Positions 8,806 to 18,068 of a stretch of DNA of 32,000 nt are shown one piece after another (position 1 is the first letter of the stretch; every line of letters starts with the position of its first letter). The stretch covers positions 3,660,001 through 3,692,000 of the forward strand of contig NC_014972.1 of NCBI RefSeq assembly GCF_000186885.1. The letters are read 5' to 3'. The notes under the pieces were generated by a model. That model was not told the origin of the DNA and made no database searches. It saw nothing but the letters and a program-made list of their open reading frames with translations. The position numbers and the translations under genes were made by a program. The stretch comes from Desulfobulbus propionicus DSM 2032. GTDB taxonomy: Bacteria > Desulfobacterota > Desulfobulbia > Desulfobulbales > Desulfobulbaceae.

Positions 8806-10224
8806 ATGAACGACGAATTTTTCAGCCATTTCCCCGACATTGCGGTCGGCAACCTGCTCGACTCGATCCCCCATGGAATTGCGGTGATCGACCGGGAACT
8901 GAAGATCGTGGTGATCAATGAATTTCTCGAAGCGCTCACCGGTCTTGCCCTGGCTGACGTCAAAGGGGTGTATATCGATTTTGTCCTTCGCTCCAACATT
9001 GCCCATCGCGGTCGGACCTTTCGCGAAGTTCTGGCCAGTGGCGAGCCGCTGGTGATCGAAGGAGACATTGTCAGTCGCGATCGCCGTAAGCTGCCGATGC
9101 AGTTCACCATCTCCCCCCTGCGCGGCAGCGGAGAGGAAACAGTCGGCCTGGTCATCGTGCTCGATGATCTATCAGCGGTGGTCGCCTCCGCCGGATTGGG
9201 CTCGGACCAGGACGTAACTGACTCGATCATCGGTCAGAGCCCCAAAATGCGCGAAGTTTTTGAATTGATCCCCCTCATGGCCCACACCGAGGCCTCGGTG
9301 CTGATCACCGGCGAGACCGGCACCGGCAAGGACAAGGTGGCCGAGGCCATCCACAAGCGCTCCAACCGGGCGGGCAAACCCTTCATCAAAATCAACTGCG
9401 GCGCCCTGCCCGAATCGTTGCTTGAATCCGAACTGTTCGGGTACGTCAAGGGCGCCTTCACCGGCGCGGTCAAAGACAAACCAGGCATGTTCCGCCTCGC
9501 CCAGGGCGGCACCCTGTTTCTCACCGAGATCGGCGACATGCCCCTGCCGCTCCAGGTCAAACTGCTGTCGGTCCTCGATGACCGGGAATTCTTTCCCCTG
9601 GGCGGCGATAAAAAAATCAAGGTCGATGTCCGCATCATCGCCGCGACCCACCGGCCCCTCAAACAGCGGGTGGCGGCCGGTGAGTTCCGCGAGGATCTTT
9701 ATTATCGGCTCAACGTTCTTCACCTCCACCTGCCGCCGCTGCGGGAACGGGAATCGGACACCCGCTTCCTGCTCAATCACTTCCTCCGGCTCTTTGCCGA
9801 GCGTTCTGGCAACAGCGCCAAGACCTTCAGCGACGAGGCCCTCCAACTCCTGATGGATTACCCGTATCCGGGCAATATCCGCGAGCTGCGCAACATCGTC
9901 GAGTACTGCGTCAACATCTGCCAGAATCACCGGATCGAGGTCGAGCATCTGCCCAAATACCTGTTCGCCCGGCTGACCCCGGTCACCCCACCCACACCGG
10001 TGACGCCCAGCCCGCAAGCCGTCGCGTCCCAACCGCAGGCTGTAGGCAAGGACTGGCTGGCCATCGAAAAGGAGCTGATCATCGACACTCTCACCCAGAC
10101 CCGGGGAAACCGTTCCAAGGCGGCGGAGATCCTCGGCTGGGGCCGCACCACGTTGTGGCGCAAACTCAAAACTCACGGCCTGGTGAGCTCCCAGGAGGCT
10201 GTCGCCGGCAAGGCGGAGGACTGA
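8806..10224 (+). CDS. PAS domain-containing sigma-54-dependent transcriptional regulator (no receiver domain; C-terminal Fis-type HTH)
   Basis: PAS-like N-terminus (LLDSIPHGIAVIDRELKIVVINEFLEALTG), Walker A GETGTGKDKVAEAIH, GAFTGA loop, GGTLFLTEIGDMPL, DVRIIAATHRPL, FREDLYYRLNV, YPGNIRELRN, HTH NRSKAAEILGWGRTTLWRKL. Confidence 0.95.
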   Translation: MNDEFFSHFPDIAVGNLLDSIPHGIAVIDRELKIVVINEFLEALTGLALADVKGVYIDFVLRSNIAHRGRTFREVLASGEPLVIEGDIVSRDRRKLPMQFTISPLRGSGEETVGLVIVLDDLSAVVASAGLGSDQDVTDSIIGQSPKMREVFELIPLMAHTEASVLITGETGTGKDKVAEAIHKRSNRAGKPFIKINCGALPESLLESELFGYVKGAFTGAVKDKPGMFRLAQGGTLFLTEIGDMPLPLQVKLLSVLDDREFFPLGGDKKIKVDVRIIAATHRPLKQRVAAGEFREDLYYRLNVLHLHLPPLRERESDTRFLLNHFLRLFAERSGNSAKTFSDEALQLLMDYPYPGNIRELRNIVEYCVNICQNHRIEVEHLPKYLFARLTPVTPPTPVTPSPQAVASQPQAVGKDWLAIEKELIIDTLTQTRGNRSKAAEILGWGRTTLWRKLKTHGLVSSQEAVAGKAED

Positions 10225-10350
10225 ACGCCCGACGAGAGACGCAATCTCCAGAGGGCCGGCCACAGGGAAGCACAGAACAGCTTTTCTCCTGTGCATCCTG
10301 TTGAAAACACTGTATGATGTTTCAATCATCCGCACAGTGCCGGGTAGCCG

Positions 10351-10866
10351 ATGAGCAAGGTTCCTCACACCTCACCCGCGCCGTCGAGGATGCCCCCCTC
10401 CCAATGGAGCCAATGCCCAGAGGATCATTCCATGGAACAGTCCCGCCAAAACATGATCGCCAAAAAGGTCAGCTGGTACGAGGCCATTGCCATTCTTTTC
10501 ATCATTGCCGTGACCTGGATCGATGAAATCCTCGACATTCCCTTCCTCATTCTCGGAGGCGAGGCCACGCCGATCAACTGGCGGGAATCTTTTTTTGAAA
10601 GCATCATCATCGGCATCATCGGCGCGGTGATCATCCGCCACACCTACAAATTGCTGCTCCGGGTCAGCTACCTGGAAAGCATCCTGCCGGTATGTGCGTC
10701 CTGCGGCAAAATCCGCATGGACTCGGAATTCTGGGAGGACATCAAACATTTCGTGCAAGAACGGGCCAAAACCGAGTTCACTCACGGCATCTGTCCGGAA
10801 TGCATAGAAAAATACTACCCGGAAATGCGACAAAAAAATAAGCATAGCGCCAACGGCAGCGAGTGA
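10351..10866 (+). CDS. Membrane-anchored small protein with C-terminal CxxC...CxxC domain (as found at the C-terminus of some sensor/response-regulator proteins)
   Basis: Two predicted hydrophobic helices (WYEAIAILFIIAVTWIDEILDIPFLIL; SIIIGIIGAVIIRHTYKLLL) followed by LPVCASCGKIRMDSEFWEDIKHFVQERAKTEFTHGICPECIEKYYPE. Start uncertain. Confidence 0.8.
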   Translation: MSKVPHTSPAPSRMPPSQWSQCPEDHSMEQSRQNMIAKKVSWYEAIAILFIIAVTWIDEILDIPFLILGGEATPINWRESFFESIIIGIIGAVIIRHTYKLLLRVSYLESILPVCASCGKIRMDSEFWEDIKHFVQERAKTEFTHGICPECIEKYYPEMRQKNKHSANGSE

Positions 10867-10927
10867 TCCCCATCGGCTGCACAAGCCGGCTGAGCCCGGA
10901 CCTTCTGTCTTTTCGCCCCCTGCGCCC

Positions 10928-11701
10928 ATGAACAACATCCGCGCCCTCTGCATCGCCGAACGATTCCAATTTGACGCGCTCTACGAATTCCTTTCCCGCC
11001 AGATGCATGCGTCGCTGATGCGCAACGTCATCGTTCTCAGTCCCGCTGAGGAAGTCTATGCCGTTCTCTTTGACTACGGCGTTTGCGTGCTGTTCCAGTA
11101 CGAGTACGAAGCGGAAAAGCGATTGATCGACCAACTGCTCAAGTTCGCGATCAACCCTTTGGACCCCTTTGTCGAGGAGGAATTGACCTATCAACACGGC
11201 ACCGACGAAGGGATCCGCATCCGCAACGACCTGATCGTGGTCGACGATGTCTCCGAGCTGACCTGCTTGTCTCTCAGCCATGCCTTGGCCCAATCGACCA
11301 AACTGGCCTCGTTCGAGGCCTCGATCGAGGACACGATCACCAAAACCAAATACATCCCCGAAACCCTGGCCCAAAAGGGGGCGATCTCCCTGTCCCGTAC
11401 CCAACTGGCCAGGGAGCGCGGCCGGGTCTATCTGGAAAAATCGCATATCATCCTGCAGTTCAACCTGCTGGATACCCCGGAATTCATTTGGGAGTATCCC
11501 GAGCTGGAACACTATTACCTCGCCCTTTCCCGTTATCTGGAAATCACACCGCGCGCCACGGTGCTGAAAAATCGGCTTGAGGTCATCCAGGAACTGCTGG
11601 AGATGATGGCCGACGAGCAGAAACACAGCCATTCGAGCATGCTGGAATGGATCATCATCATTCTCATCGCCATCGAGATCCTGCTCTTTTTCGTCAAGTA
11701 G
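10928..11701 (+). CDS. RMD1/YagE family protein (DUF155) with C-terminal transmembrane helix
   Basis: VVLSPAEEVYAVLFDYGVCVLFQY, LTCLSLSHALAQSTKLASFEASIEDTI, TPEFIWEYPELEHYYLALSRYLEI..., ending in the helix SSMLEWIIIILIAIEILLFF. Confidence 0.85.
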   Translation: MNNIRALCIAERFQFDALYEFLSRQMHASLMRNVIVLSPAEEVYAVLFDYGVCVLFQYEYEAEKRLIDQLLKFAINPLDPFVEEELTYQHGTDEGIRIRNDLIVVDDVSELTCLSLSHALAQSTKLASFEASIEDTITKTKYIPETLAQKGAISLSRTQLARERGRVYLEKSHIILQFNLLDTPEFIWEYPELEHYYLALSRYLEITPRATVLKNRLEVIQELLEMMADEQKHSHSSMLEWIIIILIAIEILLFFVK

Positions 11702-11823
11702 GGGAAACAGACGGAGAGCGGTGTGTCCAGAGTCCCTTTCCCTTTGCCTCGGCTCATGCCGATGATTATTCATAGTTCATACAAACAGTTCCCGCGTTGC
11801 CTGCCCTTTTCCTGACAAGGAGG

Positions 11824-12732
11824 ATGCCCATGAAGATACTGATCACCGGAGGAACCGGTTTTGTCGGTGCCGCCGTCAGCCGACGATTGTTGGAACAAGG
11901 ACATGAGGTCACGGTGCTGGGCAGCAGCCGCCATTGCCGGCTTGCCCCCCATCCCCAGCTTGCCTACGTTGCCGCCGACACGACCCGCCCGGGTGACTGG
12001 CAGCGGCGTGTGGCGGAGCAGGACGCGCTGATCAATCTCACCGGCCGCTCGGTCTTCAACCTCTGGACCGAATCCTATAAAAAGGCCATCTACGACAGCC
12101 GGATCCTGACCACCCGCAATCTGGTGGACGCCCTGCCGGCAACGGCCGAAACGGTGTTGCTGAGCACCTCGGCGGCCGGCTATTACGGCGACGGCGGCGA
12201 CGACGAGAAGACCGAAACCAGCGGTCCGGGACAGGACTTTCTCGCCCAGGTCTGCCTCGACTGGGAGACCGAGGCGGGGAAAGCGGCGAACAAGGGGGCA
12301 AGGGTGGTGCTGATGCGCTTCGGCGTGGTCCTGGGCAAGGGCGGTGGTGCCCTCGCCACAATGAAGACGCCGTTTCAGCTGGGGCTGGGTGGACCGATCG
12401 GCAGCGGTCAGCAATGGTTTCCCTGGATCCATCTTGACGATCTGGTCGGGGCCATGTGTTTCCTGCTCACCGCCGAGGAGTGCCGCGGTCCGTTCAACTT
12501 CACGGCCCCGCAGCCGGTGCGGCAGAAAGACTTTGCCCGCCAATTGGGCGCCGCCCTGCACCGTCCGGCCCTGCTGCCTACTCCGGCGTTCGTGATGAAG
12601 CTGGTTCTCGGTGAATTTGGCCGATCACTGCTCCAAGGACAAAAGGTGATCCCCCGGGCACTGACCGAAAACGGTTACCTGTTCACCTATCCCGAACTGC
12701 AGCCGGCCCTGCGGGAGATTGTCGGTGGCTGA
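11824..12732 (+). CDS. TIGR01777-family NAD-dependent epimerase
   Basis: MKILITGGTGFVGAAVSRRLLEQGHEVTVLGSS, INLTGRSVFNLWTESYKKAIYDSRI, STSAAGYYGDGGDDEKTE, VLMRFGVVLGKGGGALATM, WFPWIHLDDLVGAM. Start at ATG 11824 or 11830. Confidence 0.92.
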   Translation: MPMKILITGGTGFVGAAVSRRLLEQGHEVTVLGSSRHCRLAPHPQLAYVAADTTRPGDWQRRVAEQDALINLTGRSVFNLWTESYKKAIYDSRILTTRNLVDALPATAETVLLSTSAAGYYGDGGDDEKTETSGPGQDFLAQVCLDWETEAGKAANKGARVVLMRFGVVLGKGGGALATMKTPFQLGLGGPIGSGQQWFPWIHLDDLVGAMCFLLTAEECRGPFNFTAPQPVRQKDFARQLGAALHRPALLPTPAFVMKLVLGEFGRSLLQGQKVIPRALTENGYLFTYPELQPALREIVGG

Positions 12733-14128
12733 GCACCGTTTCACCTACGCCTCGCACTTTCCCTGTACCGCCCGCGAACTGTACGATTGGCATGCCCGGC
12801 CCGGGGCGCTGGAGCGGTTGATCCCACCCTGGGAATCGACCCGGGTTCTGGAACGTACCGGCTCCCTCGATCCGGGTGGCCGGGTGGTGCTGGCCATGCA
12901 CGCCGGGCCGGTGCCCTACCGCTGGCACGCCCGCCACATCAACAATGTCCCGGGCCAGATGTTTCGCGATGTGCAAGAACGCGGTCCCTTTGCCCGTTGG
13001 ACCCACACGCACCGCTTTATCGATACAGCCAATGGCGCCCTGCTCGAGGATCGGATCGACTATGCCCTGCCCGGCCAGGCCCTGCTGCCCGGATTCACGG
13101 CAACAAGGGTCGACCAGACCCTGGAGCGGGTGTTTCGCTACCGTCATGCCACCCTGCGCGATGACCTGCTGCTCCACCAGCGTTGCAGCGCCCGGCCGTT
13201 GCGAGTACTGATCAGCGGTGCCAGCGGTGTGCTCGGTTCGGCCCTGCGGCCCCTGTTGACCACCGGCGGCCACGAGGTGTGGACCCTGGTGCGCCGGAGG
13301 CCTGACCGCAGCCGAGGTGAAATCCACTGGAATCCGGAAGACGGTCAACTCAACCTGACGGGCCTGCCCGCCTTTGACGGGGTCATCCATCTGGCCGGCG
13401 ACAATATCGGCGAGGGCCGCTGGACCACGGACAAAAAAAGGCGCGTGGTCGACAGCCGGGTGCAAGGTACCGGCCTGATCGCCCGCACCATCGCCGCTCT
13501 GCCGGTACGGCCCAAGGTCCTGCTCAGTGCCTCGGCGGTGGGATTCTACGGTAACTGTCTGGACTGTTGCATGCGCGAGGAAGCCCCGGCCGGCGCGGAT
13601 TTCATCTCCGATGTCTGCGCCCTGTGGGAGCAGTCGGCCCGACCGGCGGAAGAGGCCGGCATTCGTACCGTGTTCATGCGCATCGGCGTGGTGCTCAGCC
13701 CCCGGGGCGGAGCGCTCCGCCGACTGCTCGCCACCTCGCCGCTCGGCTTTTGCCGCCGTTTCGGCAGCGGCGAACAATACATCAGCTGGATCGGCATCAA
13801 CGACATGGTCGGCGCCGTCCTCCACGCCCTGAGCTGCGACAGCCTGATCGGTCCGGTCAATATCGCCGCGCCCCGACCGGTGACCAATGCCCTGCTGCTG
13901 CAGACCCTGGCCCGGGTGATGCATCGGCCCTTGCTGCCGCCGCTTCCCGCTGGGCTGCTGCACACCCTCTACGGCCAAATGGCCACCGAGGTCCTTCTCG
14001 GCGGATGCCGGGTATCAACTGACAAACTGCAGCGGTCCGGCTACCTCTTCCGGCATGCTGATCTGGAAACGGCCTTGCGCCATCTGCTCGGCAGGTGCAC
14101 GGACACGGCAAGGAGCGCCAGACCGTGA
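12725..14128 (+). CDS. SRPBCC (polyketide-cyclase/dehydrase-like) domain fused to TIGR01777-family epimerase
   Basis: N-terminal about 150 aa SRPBCC-like (FTYASHFPCTARELYDWHARPGALERLIPPWE) then LRVLISGASGVLGSALRPLLTTGGHEV, IHLAGDNIGEGRWTTDKKRRVVDSRVQGT, FMRIGVVLSPRGGALRRLL, QYISWIGINDMVGA. Overlaps the preceding gene by a few nt; start (TTG 12719 or GTG 12725) uncertain. Confidence 0.92.
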   Translation: MAEHRFTYASHFPCTARELYDWHARPGALERLIPPWESTRVLERTGSLDPGGRVVLAMHAGPVPYRWHARHINNVPGQMFRDVQERGPFARWTHTHRFIDTANGALLEDRIDYALPGQALLPGFTATRVDQTLERVFRYRHATLRDDLLLHQRCSARPLRVLISGASGVLGSALRPLLTTGGHEVWTLVRRRPDRSRGEIHWNPEDGQLNLTGLPAFDGVIHLAGDNIGEGRWTTDKKRRVVDSRVQGTGLIARTIAALPVRPKVLLSASAVGFYGNCLDCCMREEAPAGADFISDVCALWEQSARPAEEAGIRTVFMRIGVVLSPRGGALRRLLATSPLGFCRRFGSGEQYISWIGINDMVGAVLHALSCDSLIGPVNIAAPRPVTNALLLQTLARVMHRPLLPPLPAGLLHTLYGQMATEVLLGGCRVSTDKLQRSGYLFRHADLETALRHLLGRCTDTARSARP

Positions 14129-15282
14129 GCTGGCAATTAAAAACCATCCTCCTGATCATGATGACCACGGCCCTGGCCTGCGGATTCCTCCATCACCTGG
14201 TGCCGCCCTCGGTTCTCAATTTCGAGCGGCTGCATATCTTTCTCTTCAACCTGTGCAGCGGCGGCACCCTCCTGGTCTACTTTACCGAAGGGAAGCCATC
14301 GCTGTCCCATCGTGGCCAAGCGTTCCTGATCCTGGCCTTGGCCTTTGCCCTCTGTGCCTTTTTCCACTGGTATGTGCCGACCCTGATCATCCCCCTATTG
14401 CTGGCAGCCCTGATCGAACAGGTCCGCGTCGACCACTTCGGCAGCCGCTTTCCCCGAGCCCTTTTTTCCCCCCGCGAGCCGGTACCGCGCAAATTTCATC
14501 AGGCGGCCCTACTCTGCCTTTCCTTGGGGCTGAGCTTCTCCAGCCCGGTGATCCTCAACTCGGTCTACCTGCAGTGGTTTGCCATCGAGAAACTGAAGCT
14601 CGACACCTTTTTCCTTGGCTTCTCCTTTCCGATATCGCTGATTTCCATGTCGGTCATCTTCACCCTGATGAAGCGCGAGGCCGTCCGCCTGACCGCCCTG
14701 CTCAAGGAGGCTGCCTTCTGGATCATCAACCTTGGGGTAATCGTCTTTTTCGGCTTCATCCTTGCTGGCTTGTTCGCCTCCCAAGTGGCCATCGCCACCC
14801 TGCTGTTCTTGACCGTGGGCCTCATCCTGTACCTGTACTGGTACGAGGGCATGCCCTTGCAGCAGAAGGCCTTTCTCACCTCGGGGATTCTGTTTCTCCT
14901 CATCACCTCGATCACCGGCATCGCCTATATCCTGCTTTCCTTTTCCAGCTATTACACCCCGGAACACAGCGTTCCCCTGCTGCGGTTGCACGCCTTCACC
15001 GCCCTCTATGGCTGGAACCTGAGCGGCCTGGCGGTGATCAGCCGACACGGAGATTTCCCCCTCAAGCTGCATTCCCGGCCGGTGATACTCCTCCATTGGC
15101 TCACCGTACTGGTCCTTTGTCCCTTGGGATACTTTTTCCCGTGGGTCGCCATACTGGCGGTCCTTGCCTATGGGGGACTCCTGATCAGACTGTTTTTCAA
15201 CAAGGGGACGGTGGACCGGCAACTGACCGCTGTCCAGCAGGCGGCCCTGGCAACCGATCCCGCCGCAAACCGCACCAATTGA
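14095..15282 (+). CDS. Polytopic membrane protein of unknown function
   Basis: Roughly 12 hydrophobic segments across the ORF; overlaps the 3' end of the epimerase. Actual start may be downstream, near VSWQLKTILLIMM. Confidence 0.75.
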   Translation: MHGHGKERQTVSWQLKTILLIMMTTALACGFLHHLVPPSVLNFERLHIFLFNLCSGGTLLVYFTEGKPSLSHRGQAFLILALAFALCAFFHWYVPTLIIPLLLAALIEQVRVDHFGSRFPRALFSPREPVPRKFHQAALLCLSLGLSFSSPVILNSVYLQWFAIEKLKLDTFFLGFSFPISLISMSVIFTLMKREAVRLTALLKEAAFWIINLGVIVFFGFILAGLFASQVAIATLLFLTVGLILYLYWYEGMPLQQKAFLTSGILFLLITSITGIAYILLSFSSYYTPEHSVPLLRLHAFTALYGWNLSGLAVISRHGDFPLKLHSRPVILLHWLTVLVLCPLGYFFPWVAILAVLAYGGLLIRLFFNKGTVDRQLTAVQQAALATDPAANRTN

Positions 15283-15453
15283 CAGGGAAGCCGTTTTCGT
15301 CGGCGTCGACCGGATTGGGGTTCGCCCTTGCCGCACAATCTCTTCCAGGCGGCAAGGAAATCTGCTTGACAGGAATTTGGCCCGTTCGGTACACAGTTGA
15401 GTAGATACAATCTTCAACCCAAAAGCCTTGCCCGTATGATTCGAGAAGCCTCT

Positions 15454-16332
15454 ATGGTCCATCGTCGTCCCTCCTTGGCCAGCAGAATGCTTGTACTCCT
15501 GTTGCTATGCATCCCCTCACCATTGCCGGCCAAGGACACGGTCACATGGATGGAGGCGGTTTTTCCTCCTTTTTACATTCAAAGCGGCGCCAACCAAGAA
15601 CAGGGCTATGGCGACATAGTGACCGATATTCTCCAGGAACACCTGAGCGATTACGAGCATGAGGAGGTCATTACCAACATCACCCGCCATTTCTACAAAT
15701 TCAAGCAAGGGGAAAAGGTGTGCAGCGCGGGGCTCTACAAGACGGCGGAACGGGACGCATTCATGTATTTCTCCATACCCAGCTTCATCACCCTTCCACC
15801 GGTGCTGATCATCAAAAAGGAAAATATCGCCAACTTCGGCCATCAAACAACGGTCCCCTTGGCAGACGTACTGGCCAACAAAGGGTTGATGATTGGCCTG
15901 GCCAAGGATCGTTCCTACGGCAAAACCTTGGACGCCATTCTCGAGCAGCACAAAGGCCAGGGCAATCTGGTCGAATTCACCGGCCAGGAGCTTTCCTTCA
16001 ATCTCTTTCAAATGCTGTTGCGCAATCGCCTTGACGGCATCATCGGCCTGCCGGAAGAGGCCCTGTACCAAGCCGAGCAAATGGGCATCAGGGGTCAGGT
16101 GCTCACCCTGACCCTGGCGGAAAATTTGCAAAACTACGATGGATGGATGAGTTCGGTCGGATGTTCGAAAAACGCCTGGGGAAAGGAGATGATCGAGAAG
16201 ATCAACGCGATCCTCCTCGAACAGCGGCCCACAGAACGATACCGGGCCGCTTACGAACGGTGGCTCGATGCCGGCAGTATCGAGCAGTATCGCAAGGCGT
16301 ACAGCGAGGTTTTCCTCAAAACGCGCCCCTGA
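15454..16332 (+). CDS. Periplasmic solute-binding-protein-like (TIGR02285-like / SBP_bac_3-like)
   Basis: Signal peptide MVHRRPSLASRMLVLLLLCIPSPLPAKD then TVTWMEAVFPPFYIQSG, GYGDIVTDIL, RSYGKTLDAIL, LDGIIGLPEEALYQAEQMG, TERYRAAYERWLDA. In-frame alternative starts at 15397/15436. Confidence 0.8.
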   Translation: MVHRRPSLASRMLVLLLLCIPSPLPAKDTVTWMEAVFPPFYIQSGANQEQGYGDIVTDILQEHLSDYEHEEVITNITRHFYKFKQGEKVCSAGLYKTAERDAFMYFSIPSFITLPPVLIIKKENIANFGHQTTVPLADVLANKGLMIGLAKDRSYGKTLDAILEQHKGQGNLVEFTGQELSFNLFQMLLRNRLDGIIGLPEEALYQAEQMGIRGQVLTLTLAENLQNYDGWMSSVGCSKNAWGKEMIEKINAILLEQRPTERYRAAYERWLDAGSIEQYRKAYSEVFLKTRP

Positions 16333-16444
16333 GAATATTTTACTCTCGCCGCACGGCAAAAGCGTGCATGCACGGCTGCCCACTCATGCTTTTGCGCGAA
16401 CCGAATCACGGTTGATGGTGTTGACTTGGAAGGAGAACCGCTCC

Positions 16445-16909
16445 ATGGACAAGGAAAAACGGCAAAAATATTTCGTCAGCCGGCAGGACTCGGTCACGGT
16501 CAGATGCATTGCCTGTGGACAGATCAATGCCATGTCCGTTGCCGCGCTCCGTGGCAGGAAACATTCGCTCAAGGTCAACTGTCCCTGTGGCGAAGTCTTT
16601 TCCGTGGATCTCGAATTCCGCCAAGATTACCGGCAGGCAACCAATATTGCCGCTACCTTTCGCGCCCTCTCCACCCCTCTGGCCAGGGCGCGGCAATGCG
16701 TGGTCGCCGACCAGTCCAACGGTGGTCTCCTCCTGCTCATCGACGAGGGAGTGCCGATCAGACAGGATGACCGGATCATTGTCCGCTACCGTCCGGTCGC
16801 CGATTCGGATCATGAGGTGGAACGGATCATCAGGGTCCGCCACTATGATTGGGGCAGCCGCATCGGGGGGGCCTTCGTTGACGGTTCGCCGGCCACGGTT
16901 CTCCATTGA
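16445..16909 (+). CDS. PilZ domain protein with N-terminal putative zinc-binding motif
   Basis: AAGGAG-like RBS before ATG 16445; CIACGQ...NCPCGEVFSVDLEFRQDYRQ; PilZ-like tail VADQSNGGLLLLIDEGVPIRQDDRIIVRY...GGAFVDG. The track ORF start (16268) is too far upstream. Confidence 0.72.
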   Translation: MDKEKRQKYFVSRQDSVTVRCIACGQINAMSVAALRGRKHSLKVNCPCGEVFSVDLEFRQDYRQATNIAATFRALSTPLARARQCVVADQSNGGLLLLIDEGVPIRQDDRIIVRYRPVADSDHEVERIIRVRHYDWGSRIGGAFVDGSPATVLH

Positions 16910-16958
16910 TCGGCTTCGGTTGTCCTGACACGCCATATCCCGCGGACAGGCCTCTTCC

Positions 16959-17765
16959 ATGAAATCCCTTGCCCCAAAACAGCTTGCGGATCGTTTCGCT
17001 GCCGCCGCCGTTGCCGTGCGGACGGCAAGACATGCCGTGGCCCTGACCGGCGCCGGCATCTCGGTGGGCAGCGGCATCCCTGATTTCCGCAGCCCCGGGG
17101 GCTTATGGACCGTGTTCTCGCCGGAAGAGTATGCCACTCTCGATGTTTTTTACCGCAACCCGGCCAAGGCCTGGGAACTCTTCCGCGCCCTGGGGAAAGT
17201 TCTGATCGGGAAAAAACCCAACGCCGCCCACCTGGCCCTGGCCGAACTGGAACAGCATGGCTGGCTTCAGGGAGTGATTACCCAGAACATCGACAACCTT
17301 CATCAGCAGGCCGGCAGCCGCCGGGTGTTCGAGATCCACGGCGAACACCAGCACTTGCAATGTCTGCATTGCGGCGACCTGCGTCCCATTGAGCCTGAGC
17401 TGTACCAATGTCCCGATGTGCCGCTCTGCCCGCACTGTTCGTTTCCCCTCAAACCGAACGTGGTGCTGTTCGGCGAATCGGTGCGCGAGCTTGAGGCCAT
17501 CCACGAATTCGTCGCCGACTGCGATCTGTTGCTGGTGATCGGCACCTCGACCCAAGTCTATCCGGCAGCCGCTCTTCCCGCCATGGTCCAACAAAACGGC
17601 GGCCGGATCATCGAATGCAACCGGGAACCGGCGCTATCCTCCACCAGTTCCGGCCGCTTCACCGATTTGTTTCTCCAGGGCGATGTCCTCCACACCCTGC
17701 CGGTGCTGGTCGATGCCTGCCGCCACCCGTGCGTGCCCCCCGGCCCTGACCGCCTGGCTGAGTAA
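16959..17765 (+). CDS. cobB: Sir2-family NAD-dependent protein deacylase
   Basis: ALTGAGISVGSGIPDFRSPGGLW, ITQNIDNLHQQAGS, EIHGEHQHLQCLHCG...LCPHC zinc site, KPNVVLFGE, LLVIGTSTQVYPAAALP. Confidence 0.93.
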   Translation: MKSLAPKQLADRFAAAAVAVRTARHAVALTGAGISVGSGIPDFRSPGGLWTVFSPEEYATLDVFYRNPAKAWELFRALGKVLIGKKPNAAHLALAELEQHGWLQGVITQNIDNLHQQAGSRRVFEIHGEHQHLQCLHCGDLRPIEPELYQCPDVPLCPHCSFPLKPNVVLFGESVRELEAIHEFVADCDLLLVIGTSTQVYPAAALPAMVQQNGGRIIECNREPALSSTSSGRFTDLFLQGDVLHTLPVLVDACRHPCVPPGPDRLAE

Positions 17766-17852
17766 TGCTTGCCTTTTCACGCAATATGCTGTAGAAAGGC
17801 GTTTTCGTAGCCACGCGTTATTTTTCTTCAACGTTTTGAATAGTCCACGGTT

Positions 17853-17881
17853 GCCTGGCCAAATTGGTCAGGCGTTTTTTG
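17853..17881 (+). terminator. Putative Rho-independent terminator downstream of the Sir2 gene
   Basis: GCCTGGCCAA-a-TTGGTCAGGC inverted repeat (one G:T) followed by G and TTTTTTG. Confidence 0.7.
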
Positions 17882-18068
17882 TTGTAGTCGACCGCTCGCC
17901 TTTTTCCCGCTTATTTTTCACAGCATAGAAACTGGAACGGTCAGGTTTGACAGGCAGGCTCTTACTTTCCGGATGGGGCATCTGTTAACGGACAACAGGG
18001 ACAGAGGCCGCAAGGCCGAATCCACCCCAGGATAGCTCAAGACATAGCCGCTCGTGAGGAGTCGCCCG

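Noticed and set aside
12683-13978. 431-aa minus-strand ORF
   Set aside because: Antisense shadow of the SRPBCC-epimerase gene, which has clear motifs in the plus frame.
14055-15404. Overlapping 449-aa plus-strand ORF and the 317-aa minus-strand ORF (14509-15462)
   Set aside because: Both overlap the coherent polytopic membrane protein at 14095-15282; their translations are Pro/Arg- or Gln/Glu-rich out-of-frame products.
16363-16374. Perfect 12-bp palindrome CGTGCATGCACG between the binding-protein gene and the PilZ gene
   Set aside because: Short, single occurrence, no loop or T run; may be chance or a dyad operator, but nothing else supports it.
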